A stretch of 64,000 bases of DNA from Candidatus Zhuqueibacterota bacterium (GTDB lineage: Bacteria; Zhuqueibacterota; QNDG01; JABMRT01), in assembly GCA_013202295.1 (NCBI GenBank), contig JABMRT010000101.1, forward strand, positions 3,241-67,240, written 5' to 3'. The notes under the pieces were generated by a model. That model did not search any database. It saw only the letters and a program-made list of their open reading frames with translations, and was not told the origin of the DNA. Each line of letters begins with the position of its first letter. The stretch's first letter is position 1. The position numbers were made by a program, and so were the translations under genes. Of the stretch, positions 51,959-62,900 are shown piece by piece.

Positions 51959-53368
51959 ATGAATGACAAATGCATCAAAAGAGTTTTACTTATGGGTCTG
52001 ATAATTACACTTTTAATGGCTTCCGTGTTGGCTGGAGCCACAATGCCACCCGATCATCCCAACTTTCAGTATACTGGAAGAATCGATTTTTCGTCCCCGG
52101 ACGCCCCTATGCTATACTGGCCTGGCACGTCCATTAAAGCCAATTTTGAGGGAACTTCGCTCAGTGTTTTATTGAATGACCAAAATGGACAATCCTATTA
52201 TAATGTGTTTATCGATGAGGATTATGAGAACCCTTATATTATAGAATGCGGCGCAGGAAACCAGAGTTATATCATTTCGTCCACACTTGCAGATACAATA
52301 CATCCTCTCCTCATTTTTCGTCGTACTGAAGCTTCCACAGGTCCAACCGAATTCTTAGGGATTGAAATTGATGAAGGGAAAACACTGCTTGAACCCCCTG
52401 AACGACCTGAACACCGAATCAAATTTTATGGGAATTCCATTACCTGCGGTATGGGCAATGAAGCGCCTGATAGCGGTTCTGACGATATTATGGAAGAGGA
52501 GAATAATTTTCTGGCATACGGTGCCATTGCATCGCGTCTATTGGATGCAGAGTATATGTGCATTGCAAAAAGTGGAATCGGAATCATGATCAGTTGGTTT
52601 AACATGATTATGCCCGAATACTATTATCGTCTGGATCCTGATGATTCGGAAAGTTACTGGGATTTCAGTCTGTATGTACCGGATGTCGTCGTGATTAATC
52701 TTTTCCAGAATGACAGTTGGTTAATTAACAATTTAAATCCCATTCCAAATTCTATGGAAATTATTAATGCATATGTCAACTTTGTACGACAAATCCGTAC
52801 CGCTCATCCGACAGCCTATATCGTATGCTCTTTGGGCAGCATGGATGCCACGAGACAAGGATCGCCCTGGCCGGGATATATTGAAGACGCCGTAGAACAC
52901 ATGCAAACTGAAGATGATGATGCAAATATTGATGTTTTCTTTTTCCCATTTGAGAATTGGTATAAACATCCACGCGTGCGCCATCATTTACAAATGGGCG
53001 AAGACCTCGCCAATTTTATTGGGGAAAGTACGGGGTGGATTGACGTTTCGGTTGATGGACTCCATTTAAAAACCGATTCACAACCACTATTCTGTCTGGA
53101 ACAAAATTATCCAAATCCGTTTAATGCTTCAACACAAATAACCTTTGAAATTCCACAATCGGGACAAGTCAAATTAAATGTATATAATGCATTGGGGCAC
53201 AGAATCATTTGCCTTGTGAACGAGAATCTTCAATCCGGATTTCATGCAACCACATGGAATGCTCGAGATGCAATGGGAAAAGATGTTTCAAGTGGGATAT
53301 ACTTTTATTCGCTGACATATGGTCAGCAGAAGAATATCACGAATAGTAAAATGCTGTTAATGCGATAA
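51959..53368 (+). CDS. SGNH/GDSL hydrolase (CE2-like carbohydrate esterase: N-terminal beta-sandwich + SGNH) with T9SS sorting domain
   Basis: KFYGNSITCGMGNEAP (block I GNSIT); C-term LEQNYPNPFNASTQITFEIPQSGQVKLNVYNALGHRI. Confidence 0.65.
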   Translation: MNDKCIKRVLLMGLIITLLMASVLAGATMPPDHPNFQYTGRIDFSSPDAPMLYWPGTSIKANFEGTSLSVLLNDQNGQSYYNVFIDEDYENPYIIECGAGNQSYIISSTLADTIHPLLIFRRTEASTGPTEFLGIEIDEGKTLLEPPERPEHRIKFYGNSITCGMGNEAPDSGSDDIMEEENNFLAYGAIASRLLDAEYMCIAKSGIGIMISWFNMIMPEYYYRLDPDDSESYWDFSLYVPDVVVINLFQNDSWLINNLNPIPNSMEIINAYVNFVRQIRTAHPTAYIVCSLGSMDATRQGSPWPGYIEDAVEHMQTEDDDANIDVFFFPFENWYKHPRVRHHLQMGEDLANFIGESTGWIDVSVDGLHLKTDSQPLFCLEQNYPNPFNASTQITFEIPQSGQVKLNVYNALGHRIICLVNENLQSGFHATTWNARDAMGKDVSSGIYFYSLTYGQQKNITNSKMLLMR

Positions 53369-53376
53369 ATAATGAA

Positions 53377-54915
53377 ATGAAAGCGTCCATTTTTCTATTA
53401 GCTAAAATTAAAACACTGTGGAATAAAACCGTCAATTCTTTAAGAGCAACCTCATTGAAACGGATTTTGTTTTTTTGTATTGCGGTTCTGTTACCCTTTC
53501 TCTTTCTGTGCATATTTGAAATCATTCTTCAAGGAATCCAGTATGGTGGCGATCTGTCCCTCTTTGTGCCTGCTCCACTGCCGTTCGAGAATTATCTCAA
53601 AGTCAATCCCAATGTGGGTAAACGATTTTTCGGACGTCAATCCACTCTTCCTGTGCCATCGAATGATGTTTTCCTTCAGCAAAAGCCAGAAAACGGGTAC
53701 CGTATCTTCGTAATGGGCGGATCTACAGCGGTTGGATTTCCATACGGTAATCTACTCATGTTTTCACGAATTCTGCATCGAAGGCTGCAGGATACTTTTC
53801 CGGAAAAACGGATTGAGGTGATGAACACAGCTCTTACGGCTGTAAACTCATGGACGCTCCTCGATTTTCTGGATGAAATTCTCAATGCGGATCCAGACCT
53901 GATTTTAATTTATGCCGGGCACAACGAATATTATGGTGCCCTGGGTGTGAATTCACAGGAGTCTATTGGCCGTTCCCGCCTTCTCATCCGGATGCATTTA
54001 TATGCCAATCGGTTCAGGATCGTCCGGTTCGTCAGAGACCGATTGCGATGGATCAACGGCTTATTTTCTACATCTCCCCCCTTGGAGGGGACTCTGATGC
54101 AGCGGATCGTTCGTGAGAAAGTGATTCCATATCAGAGTCCAATTTATCATGCTGGAATTGAACAGGCAGGAAAAAATTTTAATTTGATACTAAAACGATT
54201 CCATGCAGCTAGGTTGCCGGTAATGGTAGGGGAACTTGTTTCCAATGTGAGGGATAATCCACCTCTCGACGGTGTCGAAGTAAAAGATTCCACGGATGCA
54301 GAGAGAATGTATCACGCTGCGCGAATTCATGAATCTGAAGACCAATTTCACAAGGCTCGCCTTTTTTACACCCTTGCGAAGGATTATGATTCAATCCGGT
54401 TCCGAGCACCAACTACTGTGAATGATACTATCCGGAATCTCGCCGAACGCTATGGTGCTGTGTTAATCCCCCTTCAGAAACTATTTATGGCCCATTCACC
54501 CCATGGACTGATAGGGGACAATCTCATGTGCGATCATTTACATCCAAATATCGATGGATATTTTTTAATGGCTGATGCTTTTTATGAGTCGATGAAAACA
54601 CATTGTTTAATTAAAACGAACTGGGACTCATGTGTGATGTCTGCTGCATGGTATCGTGAAAACTGGCCCATTTCTGATTTGGATCATACAATAGCGGACC
54701 TCATCCTGAAGAATCTGAAAAGTGGCTGGCCATTTCAGTCCATTCAAAACCAAAAATTCTTTTTCCAACAATTTGTACCCCGAAATCCTATTGAGTCTCT
54801 GGCAATGTGCGTCCTTCAAGACAGTATTTCAGTGGGTGAGGCACACTTTTTACTTGCAAAACAGTTTGAATCAAAAAAGGATTTCCTGGCTGCAAAAAAG
54901 AGTATGATGTGCTGA
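53377..54915 (+). CDS. Membrane-anchored SGNH-hydrolase-like protein with TPR-like C-terminus (C-terminus continues in another frame to ~55082: frameshift at A6 run)
   Basis: N-terminal TM; YRIFVMGGSTAVGFPYG, LILIYAGHNEY, DHLHPNIDGYF (block V DxxH); downstream frame encodes ...YDVLTHLVFIEAYHYLWRAEAFVRRSQNKEALEMLEASLACEM... Confidence 0.6.
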   Translation: MKASIFLLAKIKTLWNKTVNSLRATSLKRILFFCIAVLLPFLFLCIFEIILQGIQYGGDLSLFVPAPLPFENYLKVNPNVGKRFFGRQSTLPVPSNDVFLQQKPENGYRIFVMGGSTAVGFPYGNLLMFSRILHRRLQDTFPEKRIEVMNTALTAVNSWTLLDFLDEILNADPDLILIYAGHNEYYGALGVNSQESIGRSRLLIRMHLYANRFRIVRFVRDRLRWINGLFSTSPPLEGTLMQRIVREKVIPYQSPIYHAGIEQAGKNFNLILKRFHAARLPVMVGELVSNVRDNPPLDGVEVKDSTDAERMYHAARIHESEDQFHKARLFYTLAKDYDSIRFRAPTTVNDTIRNLAERYGAVLIPLQKLFMAHSPHGLIGDNLMCDHLHPNIDGYFLMADAFYESMKTHCLIKTNWDSCVMSAAWYRENWPISDLDHTIADLILKNLKSGWPFQSIQNQKFFFQQFVPRNPIESLAMCVLQDSISVGEAHFLLAKQFESKKDFLAAKKSMMC

Positions 54916-55117
54916 CGCATTTGGTGTTCATTGAAGCGTATCACTATCTGTGGCGGGCAGAGGCTTTTGTCAGACGTAGTCAGAACAAAGAGGCATTGGA
55001 AATGCTTGAAGCCAGTTTGGCTTGTGAGATGATTCCCAGAGCCAAAAAACTTCAGTATCGACTGAAACTAGAGGTGAATTGAAATCACTGGATTTATTAG
55101 GCAAGGAGAAACGGTAA

Positions 55118-56914
55118 ATGTCATATTATAATCAAAATATTTCCAAAGATGTTAATCTATCCATCGAGTGGATTCTAATTCTCATTTGTATTTCTTGTTT
55201 TGCCTTTGCTTCAGCAGATCAGAATCAATTGTCAATAGAAGATGGCTGGAAAATGAAGAAAGGCGATAATGCGGATTGGATCAAGCCTGATTTTGATGAC
55301 AGTGGCTGGAAGCCCATTCAGGTCGGGAAAACCTGGGAAAACGCCGGATATAGTGAATATGATGGATATGCTTGGTACAGAATCAGATTTATTATTCCTA
55401 AAAGGGCATTTAAAGGATTAAAGCATGATTTCCTCAGCATATCACTTGGTTTCATTGATGATGTCGATGTAACCTATTTCAATGGAGAAGAAATCGGGAA
55501 ATCAGGTGCGTTCCCACCCGAATATGCCACAGCATATTATAATGAGCGGAAATATCGCATATTTAAATCTTTGATTCGTTGGGATCAAGAAAATGTTATT
55601 GCTGTCAGAATGTATGATGGTCATGGTGAAGGCGGTTTATATATGGGACCGTATATAATCAAAGTGCCTGGGATTGCTGAGATGCTAGATGTGAATTTCG
55701 ACCTCGAGAATTCGGACGGCATCTATCATTCACCTGATCTACTTCCTGTAACTCTAAGTATTCAGAATCATTCTGGTGAAAACAATCAAGTGATATATGA
55801 GTGCACACTCAAGAGTGACTGTGTAGATAAAGAGCTCATTTTTAATAGTAAAAAAAGAATTGTCCAAATTACAGGAGAAAATGAACTCACAGAAGTATAC
55901 AAATTCTATCCACCTAGTCCGGGATTTTATCGCATTGTCACAACTTTAAGTGACACAAATGGTAGTAAAATAACAAAGTCCATAATGTTAGGATATGATC
56001 CCGAAAAAATCAAAACAGAGATTACTCGTGAAGATAACTTTGAGGATTTCTGGAGAGAACGCAAACAGGAACTGGGACGCGTGGATCCTGCTTTTAAGAT
56101 GATCAGGAGCGATATGTCCACAGATGAAGTGGATGTCTATCTTGTTGAAATGCGCAGTTATGGGAATGTGCGTATCAGAGGGTGGTATACGGTTCCTAAA
56201 AATGATGGCCCTCATGCGGCCATTCTGAGTGTGCCTGGATACACTGGTACGATGTGGCCCTATGTGAACAGAACGAATGTGGCTACATTTGCCTTAAATC
56301 CACGCGGGCATGGCAACAGCAAGGATGACATTGATCCGAAAGGTTCAGAATATATGTTTCTGGGATTCGATCCTGAACATCCAGAGAAATATATTTATGC
56401 GGGTGCATATCTAGATTGCATTCGGGCTATTGATTTTCTTTTTTCTCGTCCGGAGATTGACAAATCACGCATCGGTGTAGAGGGTGGAAGTCAGGGGGGT
56501 GGTTTATCTTTCGCAACAGCCGCACTTGACCAGAGAATTATGTTCTGTGCCCCAGATATTCCCTGGCTAGGTGACTGGATCGGTTATTTCGAAGCAGCAA
56601 TATGGTCGGGTGAAAATTATGCAAAGTTAGCCGAAAGTTACCCCGGGCTTACACCGAGTGATATAAACCGCCTTCTGAGTTACTTCGATACAATGAATCT
56701 GGCCAATCGAATAAGATGTCCTGTGTTCATGTCTGTGGGACTCCAGGATGAAGTGTGTCCCCCCCGAAATGCATTTGCAACATATAACCAGGTCAGTTCC
56801 GATAAAGAATACCGTGTATATCCATTCTCCGGCCATGGATTGGGATCCGAGCATTACACTCTCAAGAACAAATGGATGGCAGAAAGACTTGGCGTTGAAG
56901 AAGTGGGACTCTAA
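55118..56914 (+). CDS. CE7 acetyl-xylan esterase/cephalosporin-C deacetylase family with N-terminal GH2-type sugar-binding (galactose-binding-like) domain
   Basis: GGSQGGGLSF (GxSQG), catalytic His context YPFSGHGLGSEH; N-term GWKMKKGDNADWIKPDFDDSGWKPIQVGKTWENAGYSEYDGYAWYRIRF. Confidence 0.75.
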   Translation: MSYYNQNISKDVNLSIEWILILICISCFAFASADQNQLSIEDGWKMKKGDNADWIKPDFDDSGWKPIQVGKTWENAGYSEYDGYAWYRIRFIIPKRAFKGLKHDFLSISLGFIDDVDVTYFNGEEIGKSGAFPPEYATAYYNERKYRIFKSLIRWDQENVIAVRMYDGHGEGGLYMGPYIIKVPGIAEMLDVNFDLENSDGIYHSPDLLPVTLSIQNHSGENNQVIYECTLKSDCVDKELIFNSKKRIVQITGENELTEVYKFYPPSPGFYRIVTTLSDTNGSKITKSIMLGYDPEKIKTEITREDNFEDFWRERKQELGRVDPAFKMIRSDMSTDEVDVYLVEMRSYGNVRIRGWYTVPKNDGPHAAILSVPGYTGTMWPYVNRTNVATFALNPRGHGNSKDDIDPKGSEYMFLGFDPEHPEKYIYAGAYLDCIRAIDFLFSRPEIDKSRIGVEGGSQGGGLSFATAALDQRIMFCAPDIPWLGDWIGYFEAAIWSGENYAKLAESYPGLTPSDINRLLSYFDTMNLANRIRCPVFMSVGLQDEVCPPRNAFATYNQVSSDKEYRVYPFSGHGLGSEHYTLKNKWMAERLGVEEVGL

Positions 56915-57185
56915 TTGATTTCCCTGTTAAAGCATATCATGCTATAAAGGGTGATGGAATAATGGATAATCCATTGATTTATTTTTTTACATTATGAAAC
57001 AAATTTACCATGCATTTAATCATTTTATTTATTATAATTCGATAGGATTATTTGTATTATAATCCGGGGAGAGGAAATATCTCCCCTGTTTATACTCGAC
57101 AATATAAAATCTAAAAACCTGTCTATCGGATGGTTATTTTGGCAGAATAGACAGAATTCAACCTGTTGAAGAGGCATTCATTGAT

Positions 57186-59948
57186 ATGCAAAATTCATTA
57201 GCTCAGAGATTAGCAGAGGGAGGAAGTATGAGAATGGTGAAGGCCGGCACGTGTTTTCTGATTTTGGCTTGCTTACTGATCTGCACGGCAGATGGGTGGG
57301 CACAGACCACCGGAAAAATCGCGGGCCATATTACAGACCAATCCACCGGAGAACCCCTGATCGGTGCGAATGTTATTCTAAAAGGCACACAGATGGGTTC
57401 CGCAACGGATATGAATGGTGACTTTTATATCCTCAATATTTATCCCGGAATGTACTCACTCGAAATCCGCATGATGGGATACAAAACCATAAAGATGGAT
57501 GAAGTTCGCGTCTCGGTGAATCGCACGTCCCGGATTGCTCTCGAAATGGAATTCTCGGTTATCGAAGGTGAAACCGTCTCTGTTTTAGCAGAGCGGATCG
57601 CCATTAAAAAAGATCAGACCAATTCCATCCGCAATATCTCTTCGGATGACATTCAGAAACTCCCGGCCGAGGATATCGATGCGATTGTGCGGATGCAGCC
57701 GGGCATTGCAGGCAACCATTTCCGTGGCGGTAGAAGCAATGAAGCTGTCTATATGATAGACGGCATCAAGGTCACGGAGTCTTTCCGTCAGGAAAACCGT
57801 TCAGTGGAAGTCAATCCTGAAGCGGTCGCGGACATTGAGGTGATCACAGGAACCTTCAACGCGGAATATGGCGATGCCATGAGTGGTGTGGTGAATATCA
57901 TCACGAAAGAAGGACGGCGGGCGGTTGAAGGATCTATCACCGGATATCTCGGTAATTATCTAACCAGCCATGGCGATAAGTTTGTTGGATTATCCAATTC
58001 AGAAGTTGATCGCATCAAGGACATCAAATTCAATTTGTCCGGACCTGTTTGGGAAGATAAACTCACCTTTTTACTGGATGGCCGTCTTAATGATGATCAG
58101 GGCTATCTGAACGGTATCTATCATTTCAATCCTCACGATTACAGCGACTATGCACCACAGGACCGCACTCTATGGCACACGGAGGACACCGGCGATGAAT
58201 CCTACGTCTCACTGAGCGATCGCATCGATCTCGTGGTTTTTGGCAAGCTGACCTACAAACCGGCTCCAGCAATTAAGATGTCTCTGTCCTCCACCTATAA
58301 TCAAAGAGAGAGCCAGTGGTACAACCACACCTATAAATACAATCCGTATGGAATGAGCCACAGTGAGAATGAATCGATGATGTGGAGTTATCAGCTCAAT
58401 CACATGATCGGATCCAACTCATTTTACGAGCTCAAACTTTCGTATTCAGATTATCAAACCGGAGATTATGTGTTTGAAGATCCGCTGGATCCACGATATG
58501 TTCACGACGAGTACAATCGGAGCAATGGATTCAGCACAGGGGGTCAGAATAAGGGCCATACCGTGAGAACCGAGAAAACACTGAATTTAAAACTGGATTA
58601 CTCCCGGCAGATCAATAAACGGCACTTTCTGAAAACCGGGATCGATCTGAGCCGCATCACTTTGGACCAGGACTATCGAAGTATCCAGAATGCGTATCGG
58701 GGCACAAGCCTTGAGTACACAGGATATTACGATGGCAATAATGAGGTGCAGTTCCCCTACTACGAACCCACAACCTATTCAGATTCATCGACCTATTCGG
58801 ATATCTACACCCATGAACCCATCAAGTTCGCCTTGTTTGTACAGGACAAGATGGAATATGAATCCATGGTCATCAATCTGGGTGTACGGTTCGATTATTT
58901 CGATGCGGATGCGATTTACCCCACCAATTACCGGAATCCGGCCAACTTGCTGCATCAGCTTGAATCATCACGATACAGCACCTATCCGAAAGCCGATCCG
59001 CAGTATCAGATCAGTCCACGATTGGGTCTTTCTTATCAGCTCGGCGAATCGGCCTTGTTGCGATTTTCATATGGCCATTTTCTGCAGCTGCCCCCGCTGG
59101 ATTATTTTTACCAGAATAATTCACATCTGGTTCAGGTGCCCGATTTTACAACTAGAATGGGCAATCCGAATCTCAATGTTCAGAAGACCATTCAATATGA
59201 AGTGGGGCTCTGGCAGCAGCTCAACGACATGATGAGCGTTGAAGTCGCGGTTTATTATCGAGACATTTATGATTTGGTGACTGCCACTATCTTTACAACC
59301 TATGATCAGATTAGATATGGCGTCTATACCAATTCGGAATATGGAAACGCCCGTGGCCTGGAGGTCAAATATGACTTCCGCCATAAATCCCTGATGGCGG
59401 GCATGAATTATACACTCGGATATACCCGCGGCGTGGCCGACGATCCACAGATGAGTTTTAACCGGGCTGGCAACAGCATGGACCCGGTCAACAAGATGAT
59501 TCCCATGGCCTGGGACCAGCGCCACGTATTCAACACCTTTGCCGGCGTTCAAAAAGAGACATTCGGCGCCACAGCGATGCTCTATTATTTCTCTGGTGAG
59601 GCTTATACCTGGAATCCAATTGCGCAAAGCCCGCTCGCCCGTATCAATCTCTTCCCGAATAACCAGCACAAACCCGCGCGTTATATTCTCGATCTGAACG
59701 CCTTTTATCAGTTCCTGACTATGGGACGCATGAAGATGAGATTGACATTAATGGCGTATAATTTGTTGGATCGCCTGAATGAAAACAATGTCAATGGCGC
59801 GACAGGCCGGGCTGACCAGTTCATTGTGCAGGAATCCGATCTGGCTGCCCATCGCAGTGACTATCATGAATACAGCGATCAGGTGCTCAATCCCTCAAAT
59901 TTCTCGAATCCACGAATCGTGAAACTGGGCATCGGTGTGACGTTTTAA
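57186..59948 (+). CDS. TonB-dependent outer-membrane receptor (CarbopepD_reg + plug + 22-strand barrel)
   Basis: GKIAGHITDQSTGEPLIGANVILKGTQMGSATDMNGDFYI; plug EAVYMIDGIKV...; C-terminal ...KLGIGVTF; start likely MRMVKAG at 57228. Confidence 0.85.
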   Translation: MQNSLAQRLAEGGSMRMVKAGTCFLILACLLICTADGWAQTTGKIAGHITDQSTGEPLIGANVILKGTQMGSATDMNGDFYILNIYPGMYSLEIRMMGYKTIKMDEVRVSVNRTSRIALEMEFSVIEGETVSVLAERIAIKKDQTNSIRNISSDDIQKLPAEDIDAIVRMQPGIAGNHFRGGRSNEAVYMIDGIKVTESFRQENRSVEVNPEAVADIEVITGTFNAEYGDAMSGVVNIITKEGRRAVEGSITGYLGNYLTSHGDKFVGLSNSEVDRIKDIKFNLSGPVWEDKLTFLLDGRLNDDQGYLNGIYHFNPHDYSDYAPQDRTLWHTEDTGDESYVSLSDRIDLVVFGKLTYKPAPAIKMSLSSTYNQRESQWYNHTYKYNPYGMSHSENESMMWSYQLNHMIGSNSFYELKLSYSDYQTGDYVFEDPLDPRYVHDEYNRSNGFSTGGQNKGHTVRTEKTLNLKLDYSRQINKRHFLKTGIDLSRITLDQDYRSIQNAYRGTSLEYTGYYDGNNEVQFPYYEPTTYSDSSTYSDIYTHEPIKFALFVQDKMEYESMVINLGVRFDYFDADAIYPTNYRNPANLLHQLESSRYSTYPKADPQYQISPRLGLSYQLGESALLRFSYGHFLQLPPLDYFYQNNSHLVQVPDFTTRMGNPNLNVQKTIQYEVGLWQQLNDMMSVEVAVYYRDIYDLVTATIFTTYDQIRYGVYTNSEYGNARGLEVKYDFRHKSLMAGMNYTLGYTRGVADDPQMSFNRAGNSMDPVNKMIPMAWDQRHVFNTFAGVQKETFGATAMLYYFSGEAYTWNPIAQSPLARINLFPNNQHKPARYILDLNAFYQFLTMGRMKMRLTLMAYNLLDRLNENNVNGATGRADQFIVQESDLAAHRSDYHEYSDQVLNPSNFSNPRIVKLGIGVTF

Positions 59949-59971
59949 GATATTTGAAAAGGAGCTGATAG

Positions 59972-62900
59972 ATGATAAAGAGAATCATTTGGACGATTTT
60001 AATGCTCACCCTGATCGGAACCGGTCTTATTCAAGGTCAGGGCAGAGAGTATGAAGGACCCATTGATCCGGCCGGAGATCAGGCTGGTATCCGTGAGTCT
60101 CATATGACAGGCAATCGTTTTCATCTTTATTTTAACAATCAGGGACGACAGGGTCACTGGCCCTTTTTGGATGGTTCCCGCTTTCCCGGCAATTCACAGA
60201 AAGGACTGGACCTGTTTGACAGCAACATCCTCATAGTCGGTGCGCGTGTTTATATTGAGCAAGACACCATCCCGGTGACGGACATGAACGACATTCAGTC
60301 ACGCGCACCGGGTGAACTCGACACCCTCTATTACTGTCTTTCCGGACGCACGGATCATGCGATCGACATGAGCCCGGACGGCACGGTGGAGTGGGGATTC
60401 CAGCCGGTGTTCGGTTACTTCAATGTCAGCAGCGAAAGCCCGGCCATGAGCACCGATCCAAATTCCTGGCCGCCTGAAGGCTGGCCCTCAACCGGATTGG
60501 AAAGACAATGGGCCGGTCAGTGGAAGGGTCGTTTCGGCCCCTATTCCTACGCGCATCTGGAATCCTACTATGTGATGAATGACGCTCAGGATCAGGAAAA
60601 TCTCCAACCCGATCTCCCCGCTCGCTACTCTCCACGTGCAGAGAGCAATTTCAAGATTGGAGATATAAGACCGGAAGTGACCACCCAGTACGGACTTCCC
60701 TGGGGCGGTGTGGGTATCCGGGTGGCAACTCGCGGATACCAGTGGGACAATCCCCAGACACGCGACATTATTTTCTGGGAATACGACGTGACCAATGTGT
60801 CTGATTATAATCTGCCCGAAGTGGTGTTCGGATTTTTAATGGATCTGGGAGTCGGCCACTTCTTTCAGAATTCAGATGGTGAAGATGATGTGGGTAGTTT
60901 TAATGACGAGCTGGATCTCTCCTATTGCTGGGATCTGAACGGCGAAGGATATTCAAGCTATTTAGTGGGTACACTGGGATTTGCTTTTCTTGAAAGTCCG
61001 GGATTGCCCGAGGATCAGGTCGACAATGACAAAGATGGCATCACGGATGAAAAACGGGACAACAAGGCCACCCAGCTGGTCGATCCCTATTATCACATTA
61101 CCAATCTTCAAGACTTTCTCGATGCATACAGTTTGACTGAAGAGCTTCTCAAAGAACACTGGGATGCTGATGAAGATCAGGATTGGGAAGACGGCAATGA
61201 CATCAATGGCAATGGTATTTACGATTCGGGAGAGTTGGCCGGTGATGATGTCGGTTTGGACGGCATTGCCCCGGGTGAAGAAAATTACCCAGGCCCGGAC
61301 GCAGACGGCACCGAAGGCAATCACAAACCGGATTATATTGAAGGTGTGAATGCCGAACCCAATTTTGCCATTACAGATGTTTCTGAATCTGACATGCTCG
61401 GTTTGACATCGTTCCATTTGTTTCTTCATCATCAGGGTGGAGAGCGATGGGTCACGCATGATGAAACCTGTTACGACCATTTGACCGACGGTATCCTGGA
61501 TGACGCCTATAGCGATCCTACAAACCTGAATCAATCTTTCTCTTCGGGCACATTTATGCTGCCGCATGGCCGGACGGAGCGCATCTCAATGGCGGTAATT
61601 GCCTCGTTCGAAAACCTGGCCACGTTGAACGATGAAAGGATCGCGCCTATCCAGTTTGAGCGTAAAAAAGTGGTGCAGACGATTTATGAAGCGGATTACC
61701 GATTCGCGCGTCCTCCGATCATGCCTTTACTGACTGCCACACCCAGTGATGGTCGTGTGCTGCTCTCATGGGACAATCGGTCCGACCGTGACACTCGGGA
61801 ATCCCTGCTGAATGGCGAGAACGACTTTGAGGGATACCGCCTTTACAAATCCACGGATATTAACTTCTCTGATGCTGAGGTACTCAGAGACGGCTTCGGC
61901 AATCCCGCAGGTAAACTGCCCATTTTTATGTGTGATATAAAAAATGATTATTTCGGATTTACCGATTTCGCCTATGTGGAAGGTGAAGGGTATTATCTGG
62001 GCGACAATACCGGTATCCAGCATTATTACATCGACGAAAACGTGGACAATGGCCGTACCTATTATTACTATCTGACCGCGTATGATCACGGTATTGAGAT
62101 CATGGATATCGCGCCGTCCGAGAATGTAGCCACCATCATTCAGGATGAGAACGAAGTCATCACCTTTAACACACCCAATGTAGCCATAGTCACACCGCGT
62201 CCTCCAGTGAATGATTACATCGCGCCTGAGATTGAACTCCTCACCAACATGGAGGATATCGTGGGCACCGGCACAGTCACAGTCGACGTGGCCGCACCCC
62301 AGGACATGAAAGAAAATCACACCTACAAACTCTCATTTATTATAGACTCACTCAGCCGGAATCCCAGGATACCGGAAGATCTGGAATATATGAATTCGGG
62401 ATTCCGAATTTATGATCTGACAGAAGATACACTGGTCTATGAAGAGAATCCCGAACATTTTGTGCGCATCAATATCCTGTCGGAACAAACCTCCGCAACC
62501 CAGATCCGGTATTATCTGAATGATTTGCGGGAGGTCCGGTCAGATATTTTTGACGGATTGCAGCTTCGATTAAACGATCTGACCAAAGAATCCGTCTGGG
62601 ATTCCCTGGGCGGCACCGGCTGGATTCAGGGATTCGCTCCCATGACTGTAGAGATCAACCGGTCGAAAATCGCCCGTTTCCCCTGGCAGTATGATCTTGT
62701 CTTTACAACTGAGGAAGAGGGATATACCCCACAATACACAGGAAGGTGGATACAAGATGCTGAAAACGATAGAATAGACGGCACCATCTTCAAGGAGCAG
62801 ATGCTGCCCTTCTATGTCGAGAACAAATTTTATACCGATACGTCAACCGGAGAATTTAAAAAGTTGGAAGTCATTTGCGTTGATGCCAATGAAAACGAAA

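Noticed and set aside
57060-57160. Two small hairpins upstream of the TBDR gene (ggggaga...tctcccc; ctgtctat...atagacag)
   Set aside because: Short stems in an AT-rich leader and no repeats elsewhere in window; insufficient to call a riboswitch or operator.
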